Origin: Burkholderiales bacterium
GTDB taxonomy: Bacteria; Pseudomonadota; Gammaproteobacteria; Burkholderiales; SG8-39
Assembly: GCA_035316965.1 (NCBI GenBank)
Contig: DATHHZ010000305.1
Location: forward strand, 1-24,637
Direction of reading: 5' to 3'
DNA: 24,637 bases
The notes beneath the pieces are model-generated. The model was not told the origin of the DNA. It was given only the letters and a program-made list of their open reading frames with translations, and ran no database searches. Positions 12,462-20,655 of this stretch are shown here, piece after piece. The number at the start of each line of letters is the position of its first letter. The stretch's first letter is position 1. The position numbers and the translations under genes were made by a program.

Positions 12462-12620
12462 GGCGTGCTCCTGGATTCTAAGGCAGGGGCCGGCGCCCCT
12501 AGTGAGGGGAACATTATGCCAAGAACGCGGGCGCGGGACACCTCCCCGGGGGTCGGAAAAAGCGCCGAATCGAAGTACACTTTGCGCCTTCCTCTCTTCC
12601 ACAGCCAAAGGAGACAACAA

Positions 12621-13289
12621 GTGGGCAAGATGATCGAGCTGACCGCCTCGGACGGCCACAAACTCTCAGCCTACCGCGCCGAGCCCACGGGCAAGCCGCG
12701 CGGAGGCTTGATCGTGGTGCAGGAAATTTTCGGGGTCAACAGCCATATCAGGAGCGTCGCCGACGGCTACGCCGCCGACGGCTATCTCGCCGTCGCGCCG
12801 GCATTCTTCGACCGCGCGCAGCGCGGCGTGGACCTCGGCTATTCGCAGGCCGACATCGAAGTCGGCCGCACCTACATTCCCAAGATGAATTGGGACAACG
12901 TGATCAAGGACGCGGCCGCCGGAAGGGACGACGTGAAGGCCGCGGGAAAGGTCGGCATCGTGGGCTACTGCTGGGGCGGGACGGTGTCGTGGATGGCGGC
13001 GGCGCGCCTCGAGGGCCTCGCGTGCGCCGTGTGCTACTACGGAGGCGGCATCCCGAACAACGCCGGCGAAAAACCGAAGTGCCCGGTGATGTTCCACTGG
13101 GGCGAGACCGATCAGTCGATCCCGATCGATGCCGCGAAGAAGGCCGCGGCGCAGCACCCGAGCGCGCAGTCCTTCGTCTACCCGGCCGGCCACGGCTTCA
13201 ACTGCGACCAGCGCGGCTCCTACCACGCCGAGAGCGCGAAGCTCGCGCGCTCGCGCACGCTCGAGTTCCTGCGAAAGCACATCGGGTAG
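12621..13289 (+). CDS. Dienelactone hydrolase family protein (222 aa)
   Basis: GTG start after AAGGAG. QEIFGVN.HIR, nucleophile motif GYCWGG, GETDQSIP (Asp), AGHGFNCDQR (His). Confidence 0.93.
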   Translation: MGKMIELTASDGHKLSAYRAEPTGKPRGGLIVVQEIFGVNSHIRSVADGYAADGYLAVAPAFFDRAQRGVDLGYSQADIEVGRTYIPKMNWDNVIKDAAAGRDDVKAAGKVGIVGYCWGGTVSWMAAARLEGLACAVCYYGGGIPNNAGEKPKCPVMFHWGETDQSIPIDAAKKAAAQHPSAQSFVYPAGHGFNCDQRGSYHAESAKLARSRTLEFLRKHIG

Positions 13290-13314
13290 ACCTCACCGCA
13301 GCGGAGGAAACACA

Positions 13315-14172
13315 ATGCCATCGATCCAGGTCAGGAAGCTCGCAGAGGCTCTCGGCGCCGAGGTGAGCGGCGTCGATCTGTCCCGGTCTCTCGCCGCCGG
13401 AACCTTCGTCGAAATCCGCAAGGCCTGGCTCGATCACCTGGTGCTGCGCTTCCGCGGACAGACGCTCTCCGATCCTCAGCTGATGGCGTTCAGCGAGCTC
13501 TTCGGCGAGCTCGATCCACCCGGGCCGAACCCCTACGGCAAGCCCTTCTTGCCCGAGCATCCCGAAATGAACGTGATCTCCAATATCAAGATGGAGGGCG
13601 CGCCGATCGGCGGCCTGGGCGACGGCGAGGCGATCTGGCACGCCGACATGACCTACGTCGACTCGCCGCCGATGGCCACGATCCTGCACGCGCTGGAGGT
13701 TCCCGTCTCGGGCGGCGACACCTACTGGGCGAACATGTATTCTGCGTACCAGAAGCTCCCCGCGAATCTGAAAAAGCGCATCGAGGGCCGCAAGGCGGTG
13801 CACGACGCCACCTACAACAGCGCCGGTGTCAAGCGCAAAGGCTATCAGGAGGTCACCGATCCACGGAAGGCGCCGGGCGCGCAGCACGAGCTCATCCGCA
13901 CGCATCCCGAGACCGGGCGCCCCTGCCTCTTCCTCGGGCGCCGGCGCAACAGCTACATCATGGGCATGGAACTGGACGAGAGCGAAGCACTGCTCGACGA
14001 ATTGTGGGCGCACGCGACGCAACCGCAATTCACTTTTCGCCAGCAATGGCAAGTGGGCGACGTGCTGATCTGGGACAACCGCTGCACGCTGCACCGGCGC
14101 GACTCTTTCGACGCGAACGCGCGCCGTCTGATGCACCGCACCCAGATCAAGGCCGATCGGCCGCGCGTCTGA
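13315..14172 (+). CDS. TauD/TfdA family Fe(II)/2-oxoglutarate-dependent dioxygenase (285 aa)
   Basis: ATG at 13315 after GGAGG. LGAEVSGVDL, WHADMTY (HxD), GGDT.WANM, W.VGD.LIWDNRCTLHRR, R.MHR. Confidence 0.93.
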   Translation: MPSIQVRKLAEALGAEVSGVDLSRSLAAGTFVEIRKAWLDHLVLRFRGQTLSDPQLMAFSELFGELDPPGPNPYGKPFLPEHPEMNVISNIKMEGAPIGGLGDGEAIWHADMTYVDSPPMATILHALEVPVSGGDTYWANMYSAYQKLPANLKKRIEGRKAVHDATYNSAGVKRKGYQEVTDPRKAPGAQHELIRTHPETGRPCLFLGRRRNSYIMGMELDESEALLDELWAHATQPQFTFRQQWQVGDVLIWDNRCTLHRRDSFDANARRLMHRTQIKADRPRV

Positions 14173-14180
14173 ATTCCCAT

Positions 14181-15335
14181 ATGAGCGCGAAAGTCGCCCC
14201 GCTCCGGATTTCTGAAACCCGGCCGAAGCTCGCGATCGAGCGAGTCGAAGTATTCGGCGTCGCCGTGCCGCTCGCAGGCGGCGGGTTCAAGAACGCCTAC
14301 GTGACCAAGACCGTGCAAAAAAGCGCCGTCGTGCGCGTGACCGCGGGCGGCGGCGCGGTCGGGCTGGGCAACATCGATCCCTCGCCGGGCTATTCGACCG
14401 AGACCATCGAGGAATCGCTTGCGGCATTGCGCGGCAAGCTCGCGCCGGGCGTGATCGGCCTGGATGCGGCGAACATCCATGTTCTCAACGCGCGGCTGGA
14501 CGCGGTGGCGCCCGGTTTTCTCGACGCCAAGGCGGCGATCGAAATGGCCTGCGTGGACCTCACCGCTCGCGCGCTCGGCGTGCCGGTGTACACCTATCTC
14601 GGCGGCGCAGTGAAGGAACGCCTGAGCTTCAACGCGTGGATCGGTATTTTGCCGCCCGAGGAAGCGGCCGCCGAGGCGCGCAAGTGGTTCGAGCGCGGCT
14701 TCCGCTCGGCGAAGATCAAGGTCGGCGGCGGCATCGAGGCCGACCGCGACCGCGTCAAAGCGGTGCGCGAGGCGGTCGGCGGCACGATGGCGCTGCGCAT
14801 CGACGCGAACGCAGGCTACGACGCGGACACGGCGATACGCCTTGCACGCTTGATGCAACCTTGCGATCTCCAGCTCTTCGAGCAGCCGGTCGCGGCCCGC
14901 GATCTCGCCGGCATGGCGCGCGTGCGCCGCGAGGCGGGCGGCGTGCCGATCATGGCGGACGAATCCGTCCTCGACCACGCGAGCCTGATCGCTGTGATCA
15001 AGGCGGACGCCGCCGACATCGTCAAACTGAAAGTCATGAAGCAGGGCGGGTTCCACCGCACGCTCGCGATGCTCGCGACCGCGGAAGCCGCGGGGTTGCG
15101 CTGCGTCGTCGGACACGGATTCGGGCTGGGCGTGAACACCATGGCGGAGATCATGCTCGCCGCCACCAGCGCGAACGTGATCGACGGCCTGGAATGCGTC
15201 GGGCCGCTCAAGACCGTGGACGACATCACCACCGAAAAACTCGACCTCGGCGCGGGCGTCCTCGCGCTTCCGCCCGGCCCGGGACTCGGCGTCGCGCTCG
15301 ACGAGGCGAAGCTCGCGCGCTATCGGTTCGCCTAG
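14181..15335 (+). CDS. Mandelate racemase / muconate-lactonizing enzyme family enolase (MLE subgroup, 384 aa)
   Basis: KIKVG (KxK), RIDAN, FEQP, MADES, KLKVMKQGG; start MSAKVAPLRI at 14181. Confidence 0.9.
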   Translation: MSAKVAPLRISETRPKLAIERVEVFGVAVPLAGGGFKNAYVTKTVQKSAVVRVTAGGGAVGLGNIDPSPGYSTETIEESLAALRGKLAPGVIGLDAANIHVLNARLDAVAPGFLDAKAAIEMACVDLTARALGVPVYTYLGGAVKERLSFNAWIGILPPEEAAAEARKWFERGFRSAKIKVGGGIEADRDRVKAVREAVGGTMALRIDANAGYDADTAIRLARLMQPCDLQLFEQPVAARDLAGMARVRREAGGVPIMADESVLDHASLIAVIKADAADIVKLKVMKQGGFHRTLAMLATAEAAGLRCVVGHGFGLGVNTMAEIMLAATSANVIDGLECVGPLKTVDDITTEKLDLGAGVLALPPGPGLGVALDEAKLARYRFA

Positions 15336-15355
15336 CGGCACAGGACGCAGCATCG

Positions 15356-16324
15356 ATGACACGTCGTTTTCCTCGCATCGTAATCGCGCTCGCATGCCTG
15401 CTCGCCGCCGCGCAAGCGCTCGCCCAAGCCTATCCGGCGCGGCCGATCCGAATGCTTGTCCCCTTCGCCGCTGGCGGCTCGGTGGACATCGTGGCGCGCC
15501 TCCTCGGCGTGAAGCTCTCCGAACAACTGGGCCAGCCGTTCGTGGTCGAGAACAAGGGCGGCGCGGGCGGCACCATCGCCGCCGCTACACTCGCCAAGTC
15601 GCCCGGCGACGGCTACACGCTGATGACGATGCACCAGGGACTCGCTTTCAACGCGAGTCTCTACCCCGACCTTCCCTACGATACGCTGCGCGATCTGACT
15701 CCGATCGCCCACGTAGGTGCGACACCCAATGCGCTGGTGGTCACCCACTTGCTGCCGGTGAAAACGATGCAGGAGTTTCTCGCCTACGCGCGCGCCAACC
15801 CAGGCGGCATCGCCTACGGCTCGGGCGGAATCGGCAGCGCGGGACATCTCTCGGTCGAGCTGCTGCAGTCGCTCACAGGCACCAAGTTCACGCACGTGCC
15901 GTACAAGGGCTCCGGGCCGGCGATCACCGACCTGATCAGCGGGCAAATCCAGGCCATGCTGCTCACCATGCCCTCGGTGATGCCCTACGTGAAAGGCGGC
16001 AAGGTGCGAGCCATCGCCACTTCCGGCGCGCGCCGCTCGCCGGCGCTGCCGGACCTGCCCACCATCGCCGAAGCGGGCGTGCCCGGTTACGAATACACGC
16101 CCTGGTATGGAATGTTCGGCCCGGGCACGCTGCCGAAGCCGCTGGTCGCGCGGCTCAACTCGGCCGTCAACACGTCACTCGCCGACGCCGGGGTACGGGA
16201 GAAGCTCGCGCAGCAAGGTCTGGAAGTGCACACGACGACGAGCGACCAGTTCACCGAGATCGTGCGTGCCGACGTGGCACGGTGGGGAAAAATCATCCGC
16301 GAGATCGGCGTGCGCGGAGAATGA
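15356..16324 (+). CDS. Bug/TctC-family substrate-binding protein (322 aa)
   Basis: MTRRFPRIVIALACLLAAAQALAQAYPARPIRMLVPFAAGGSVD, GQPFVVENKGGAGG, HVPYKGSGPA, GLE. Confidence 0.93.
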   Translation: MTRRFPRIVIALACLLAAAQALAQAYPARPIRMLVPFAAGGSVDIVARLLGVKLSEQLGQPFVVENKGGAGGTIAAATLAKSPGDGYTLMTMHQGLAFNASLYPDLPYDTLRDLTPIAHVGATPNALVVTHLLPVKTMQEFLAYARANPGGIAYGSGGIGSAGHLSVELLQSLTGTKFTHVPYKGSGPAITDLISGQIQAMLLTMPSVMPYVKGGKVRAIATSGARRSPALPDLPTIAEAGVPGYEYTPWYGMFGPGTLPKPLVARLNSAVNTSLADAGVREKLAQQGLEVHTTTSDQFTEIVRADVARWGKIIREIGVRGE

Positions 16325-16417
16325 AGTGCTCGAAGGTGCACACAACGTCCTGCGTTTGAATTTCTAAGCGCAGCTCGATCACGCTTGCACCGGCCGACTC
16401 TTGCGCGATCCTTCGGC

Positions 16418-17119
16418 TCAAGGAAGCTTTGCGCCTTGTTCCATCAACAGCGTCCTGATGTCGTTCATCACCACTTGCGGATGCAGAAAGGTCGAGGTGT
16501 AGATCTCGCGGATGCTCCCGGACCGGTCGATCAGGAAAACCTTCAGCACGTGGGAGAGTTCTCGCACCGGCCTGCCGGTGGATTTGTCCACCGAATAGCG
16601 GATGTCCTGGCCGAAGCCTTCGACGAGCGGCAGCAGATCCCGCACCGAACGCGTGGTCAGGAAATACCAGCGCAAGCCGCGGCTTTCCTTGATGCGGCTC
16701 CCGGCGTAGTGCTTCATGACCTCGGGTGAGTCGCGCGCGGGGTCGAAGCTGAGGGTCACGAAGCGAACCTGGTCGTGCAGGGCCGGGGTGGCCTGGATTT
16801 CTTTCTTCAGGCGGTCGAACACGCGATAGGCAAGCGGGCAGCCTTCAGGATCGGTGCACGTGGTGTAGATGAAACCCAGCAGCGTGATCTTGTCCTGAAG
16901 AAAGCGCGAGAGCTTCTGCGAACGTCCCTCTGTGTCGAGCACTCGGCCGTCGGGTGCGGACATGATGCGATGAAGCTGGTAGGTACCGGGCCCGGGAGGT
17001 TCGAATTCCAGGACTGCATCGTGGCCGTCTTGCTGGTGTCCGCAGGCGATTCGGGACACCAGCATGACTGCGAAGAGCGTCAAGAGCCGCGCGATGGTCG
17101 TATCGCGGCGCACGATCAT
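16418..17119 (-). CDS. SCO1/SenC family copper chaperone
   Basis: N-terminal hydrophobic segment, LLGFIYTTCTDPEGCP (Cys pair), FVTLSFDPARD.PE.M..Y, conserved H in ELSHVLKVFLIDR.G.IREIY. ATGA overlap with the upstream gene. Confidence 0.88.
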   Translation of the reverse strand: MIVRRDTTIARLLTLFAVMLVSRIACGHQQDGHDAVLEFEPPGPGTYQLHRIMSAPDGRVLDTEGRSQKLSRFLQDKITLLGFIYTTCTDPEGCPLAYRVFDRLKKEIQATPALHDQVRFVTLSFDPARDSPEVMKHYAGSRIKESRGLRWYFLTTRSVRDLLPLVEGFGQDIRYSVDKSTGRPVRELSHVLKVFLIDRSGSIREIYTSTFLHPQVVMNDIRTLLMEQGAKLP

Positions 17120-18447
17120 CGGTTGAGCGCGACCTGCCGGGACGTTTCCGGCGTTGTGTAGGCCGTACGCAGCGCCTTCGACCCGAGCTTCATATGATGC
17201 GCGCGGCCGAGCTTCTCCGCGGTGAAATCCACCTCGAACACCTGCTTCAACTCCTTGCCGTTCCAGGTGAACCCGCGCAGGAACTGCTCGTTATCCGCGC
17301 CGCCCTTGTCCCAGTTCGCGAGCAGCGACGACGTGATGTACACCCGCTTGCCGTCCCAGCTCTGCGAAATCATGTTGACCTGCTTGCCGGTTTGCTTTTC
17401 GTAGGTTTGCTTGGGCGCTTCGGGATTGGAAAGGTCGAAGTAGCGCGTCTTCCCGTCCATGAAGGTGTTGACCCACAGGCCCTTGCCGTCGCGGGTGATG
17501 CTGATATCGACGGGTAATGGGATCTTGGCCGGGTCGCCGATCGTCGCCACGTCCTTCGCCTGCCACTCGCCCTTGGCGTCCTGCTTCACCAGCCAGATTT
17601 TCGATGTGAGCGCGGTGGCCGCGACCGCCCAGTTGTCCCCGGGCTTCAAGGACCAGCGAATCTCGAGCGGTGCGCCAGGCACGCTGAAGACTTTTTGCGG
17701 CTTCATGGCCTTGAGGTCCCACAGCACCATGGTATTGCCGAAACGCTTCATTGCCTCCGGGTCCTTCACGACTTCGCCCAAGGACCGCATATAGTTGTTG
17801 TAGCCGGTGAAGCTCGAGGTGAGCAGCACGTTTTTCCTGGGATTCACCGCGAGATCGTAGCCGTAGCCGTCCCCGCCGTTAGCGACCGGCATTGCGTAGC
17901 TCGTGATGAAGTCGCCTTTGTTGTTGTACAGCGCCATCCCCGTAACGCCGCCCTTGTCCCTGGTGTTGGAGAGCGCCTGCACCAGCATCCGCCCGGGCAG
18001 GGCATAGTAGGTGTGCGGACCGACATAGCCGGTCTTCTCCGCGAGGTTCGCGATGCTATTGACGAGCCGGGGTCTGCCGGGATCGGTCGCGATGTCAAAA
18101 ACGTGGATCCTGCTGTTTTCCAGGCCGCCCGCCCAAAGGAAGCGCCGGTCGTCGGTGAAGCCCATGTGATGAGCCTCGCCGCGTGACCCGACCGAGACCT
18201 GTTGAATCACCTTGCCGTAGTTCTTCGATTTGGGATTGACATCCACCGTCACCATTTTGTCCGAGCCGTCGCCCAGGCCCTCCACGCCCAGCGCCCAGAC
18301 ATAAACGTAGTCCTCCTGTCCCTTGATCAATTTTGTGACGTAAGGCGAGTTGCAGGTTTCGTCGCCGTAGGCCTGCGGGACTTCAAGCGGCACGGCACCT
18401 ACGAAGATGAACGCCGCGTAAGACATTGCTCGACTGAACCGGATCAT
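17116..18447 (-). CDS. mtoX: SBP56/SELENBP1-family methanethiol oxidase-like protein, periplasmic (Sec signal, mature start DETCNSP)
   Basis: EAHHMGFTDDRR, GPHT, YGYD, GNT..LWDL, PLEIR, LPVDISI, SQS.DGKR.Y.TSSL.ANWD, LGRAHHM. Recognised as closely resembling bacterial MtoX, and paired with SCO as in known mtoX clusters. The activity is not certain (see findings). Confidence 0.8.
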   Translation of the reverse strand: MIRFSRAMSYAAFIFVGAVPLEVPQAYGDETCNSPYVTKLIKGQEDYVYVWALGVEGLGDGSDKMVTVDVNPKSKNYGKVIQQVSVGSRGEAHHMGFTDDRRFLWAGGLENSRIHVFDIATDPGRPRLVNSIANLAEKTGYVGPHTYYALPGRMLVQALSNTRDKGGVTGMALYNNKGDFITSYAMPVANGGDGYGYDLAVNPRKNVLLTSSFTGYNNYMRSLGEVVKDPEAMKRFGNTMVLWDLKAMKPQKVFSVPGAPLEIRWSLKPGDNWAVAATALTSKIWLVKQDAKGEWQAKDVATIGDPAKIPLPVDISITRDGKGLWVNTFMDGKTRYFDLSNPEAPKQTYEKQTGKQVNMISQSWDGKRVYITSSLLANWDKGGADNEQFLRGFTWNGKELKQVFEVDFTAEKLGRAHHMKLGSKALRTAYTTPETSRQVALNR

Positions 18448-18501
18448 GACGATCTCCCCTTTAGAAAATACGTTGACAAGTGCCCCGAATGTTTGAGCCG
18501 C

Positions 18502-19461
18502 TCAATCCAGCTTCGCACCGGAGAGCTTCACCAGTCTTGCGTACTTATCGTACTCCGCGCGCATCAGCGCGTCGAACTGCTCGGGCGTGCTCGTTCCGAC
18601 CCCGACGCCGAATCCGGCTATCTTCGCGTGGACCTCGGGCGAAGCCACAGCCGCCAGGATGCCGGCGTTCAGCCTGGCGACGAGCTCGCGCGGCGTTCCC
18701 GCCGGCACGAGCGCGCCCAGCATGGAGGCCATGTCGAAGCCCGGAATGCCGAGCTCGGCGATCGTCGGGATCTCCGGCAGCGCGGGTGTGCGCTTGCCGT
18801 CGGCGCTGGCGAGAATGCGCACCTTTCCCGCCCTGACGAACTGCGCCATCGCGGTATAGCTGGAGAACGCGACCTGCACGTCGCCCGCGATCAGGGCCGG
18901 CCCGGCCTGTCCCATTCCCTTGTAGGGCACGTGCACCATCTCGATTCCGGCGAGCGACTTGAACAGCTCGGTCGTGATGTGGTGGATCGAGCCGTTGCCC
19001 GCCGAAGCGTAGGAGAGCTTCCCGGGATTCCGCTTGGCGTAGGCGACGAACTCGGCGTAGGTGGTCGCCGGGACCGACGGATGCACCGTGAGGAAGGTCG
19101 GCAGCGTCGAGATCGTGGTGACGCCGGCGAAATCCTCGAGCGGCCGGTAGGGCACTTTCGCGTACAGGTGCGGGTTGATCGCCCAGATGGCGCTGTCGCA
19201 GACGTAGGCGGTATAGCCGTCGGGCGCGGATTTGGAGACCATTTCCGCCGCGATGTTCCCGTTCGCGCCGATGCGGTTCTCGATCACCACGGATCCCCAG
19301 GATTCGCTCATCTTCTGCGCGATGAGGCGCGCGAACACGTCGGGCGAGCCCCCCGGCGAAGTGCCGACGACGATCTTGACCGTCTTCGACGGATAGGCTT
19401 GGGCGGCGGCGGGGACCGGCGCAAGAACGCCGACCGCGAGGGCGACTAGGAGAGTGCGCAT
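18502..19461 (-). CDS. Bug/TctC-family substrate-binding protein (alternative start 19470)
   Basis: MRTLLVALAVGVLAPVPAAAQAYPSKTVKIVVGTSPGGSPD, VVIENRIGANG, PDGY, HVPYKG. Confidence 0.92.
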   Translation of the reverse strand: MRTLLVALAVGVLAPVPAAAQAYPSKTVKIVVGTSPGGSPDVFARLIAQKMSESWGSVVIENRIGANGNIAAEMVSKSAPDGYTAYVCDSAIWAINPHLYAKVPYRPLEDFAGVTTISTLPTFLTVHPSVPATTYAEFVAYAKRNPGKLSYASAGNGSIHHITTELFKSLAGIEMVHVPYKGMGQAGPALIAGDVQVAFSSYTAMAQFVRAGKVRILASADGKRTPALPEIPTIAELGIPGFDMASMLGALVPAGTPRELVARLNAGILAAVASPEVHAKIAGFGVGVGTSTPEQFDALMRAEYDKYARLVKLSGAKLD

Positions 19462-19471
19462 GGCTTCCATG

Positions 19472-20494
19472 TCAGGCCGGGGCGAGACGCGCGGCACGCT
19501 TCAACATCGGCATCACCTCGCTTGCGAAGAGACCGATCGAGCGCAGCGTCTCTTCCTGCGTGAGGTTGCCGAAAGCAAACTGGCCGACGAAGTAGTTCGC
19601 GCCCGCTTCCTCGAGTTGCGCCCGTACGTACCCGGCGACGCCTTGAGGGTCGCCGGCAAACGCGCGCCCGTCCTCGGCGATCGCTTCGAATTCAGGCGGC
19701 CGCGAATGCCGGTGGCTGACTCCCAACAGCGAAGAAAGAAACGTGAAGCTCTCGTACCAGCGCTTGTAGGCGCGGCGCGCCGCGGCGCGCGCATCGCCCG
19801 CGTTCTTTCCCACGACGATGAACCGCCCGAGCCCGATCCTGGGCAAAGGGACATCGCCGCGCGTCTCTCTCCAGACGGCGCGAAACCGCTCGAAGCAGGG
19901 CTTGAGCTCGGCGACCGTGTCGAGGCCGACCACGTTCATGCCGCGCCGCGCGACGCGCTCGGCGGCCTCCGGCGAATGCACGCCGTACCACAGCGGCGGA
20001 TGCGGTTTCTGCAGCGGCGGAATGGCGAGCGGCAGGCGCCGCTTTCCGCTCTCCGCAGTGACCGTGACCGCGCCTTCGCTCAAGCCTTCGAGGATGAAAC
20101 CGACCATTTCCTGGTGCACCTTCTCCGTCTGCGCCGGATCGACGTCGAAGAAGCGCACCTCCGCGCCGAGCGCGCCCCGGCCGAACGCGAGCTCCAGCCG
20201 CCCGCCGCTCATCTGGTCGAGCATGCCGATCTCTTCGAGCAGCCTCAAGGGATGATAGAGCGGCGCGACGGTCACCATGGGCCCGAAGCGCAGGCGCTTC
20301 GTGCGCTGCGCCACCGCCGCGAGGAACACCGAGGGCGAAGGCGCCATCCCTAAGGGCGTGAGATGGTGCTCGGCGACGTGGTACGAGTAAAAACCCGAGC
20401 GCTCGTAGGCCTCGATGATCTCGAGGCGCTCGCGATAGAACTGCTCGTGCGGACGGTCGCCGAGGTCGAGGTGATCGAAGACGCCGAATTCCAT
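19472..20494 (-). CDS. LLM class (luciferase-like) flavin-dependent oxidoreductase (340 aa)
   Basis: Start MEFGVFDHLD at 20494. AEHH, PSP.VFLAAVAQRT.RLRFG, HPLRL.EEI.MLDQMS.GRLE...GRG, PLQKPHPPLW. The ORF-track extension to 20611 is repeat-derived. Confidence 0.9.
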   Translation of the reverse strand: MEFGVFDHLDLGDRPHEQFYRERLEIIEAYERSGFYSYHVAEHHLTPLGMAPSPSVFLAAVAQRTKRLRFGPMVTVAPLYHPLRLLEEIGMLDQMSGGRLELAFGRGALGAEVRFFDVDPAQTEKVHQEMVGFILEGLSEGAVTVTAESGKRRLPLAIPPLQKPHPPLWYGVHSPEAAERVARRGMNVVGLDTVAELKPCFERFRAVWRETRGDVPLPRIGLGRFIVVGKNAGDARAAARRAYKRWYESFTFLSSLLGVSHRHSRPPEFEAIAEDGRAFAGDPQGVAGYVRAQLEEAGANYFVGQFAFGNLTQEETLRSIGLFASEVMPMLKRAARLAPA

Positions 20495-20511
20495 GGCGAT
20501 CCTTGTCTTTT

Positions 20512-20619
20512 TCCCCTCCTCTTCGAGGAGGGGTGCCGCCGGAGGCGGCGGGGTGGTAATGCGGCAAACATCGAACCACCCCGGCGCTTCGCGCCACCCC
20601 TCCTTGTCCAAGGAGGGGA
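20512..20619. repeat. Head-to-head pair of family A units (20512-20557 inverted, 20575-20619 direct)
   Basis: tcccctcctc-ttc-gaggaggggt-gccgcc-gga-ggcggc-ggggtggt, a 17-nt spacer, then accacccc-ggcgc-ttc-gcgcc-acccctcctt-gtcc-aaggagggg-a. Confidence 0.92.
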
Positions 20620-20620
20620 A

Positions 20621-20655
20621 ATCTTACAGTGCCGATCTTACAGTGCCGATCTTAC
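20621..20655. repeat. 14-bp tandem repeat (2.5 copies) overlapping the cupin stop codon
   Basis: atcttacagtgccg atcttacagtgccg atcttac. Confidence 0.9.

Noticed and set aside
9799-12463. VOC and beta-subunit genes both start MPVTE (shared gtgacgggcatgg on the plus strand)
   Set aside because: The match is only 13 nt in GC-rich DNA with no further similarity, so it is probably chance.
16325-18500. mtoX-SCO as a low-GC horizontally acquired island
   Set aside because: Hand counts of a few 60-nt lines ranged from about 57 to 68% GC and overlapped values for atpD and tauD lines. No flanking direct repeats or integrase were seen. A sliding-window GC3 or codon analysis would be needed.
13315-20494. 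Organosulfur island (TauD + LLM monooxygenase + methanethiol oxidase)
   Set aside because: The LLM looks like the generic LuxA-like type rather than SsuD/SfnG. The TauD gene is in a separate, oppositely oriented operon. Family names alone do not show sulfur substrates.
20495-20611. N-terminal extension of the LLM protein ([12 protein letters not shown]...)
   Set aside because: Repeat-derived. The family start MEFGVFDH is at 20494.
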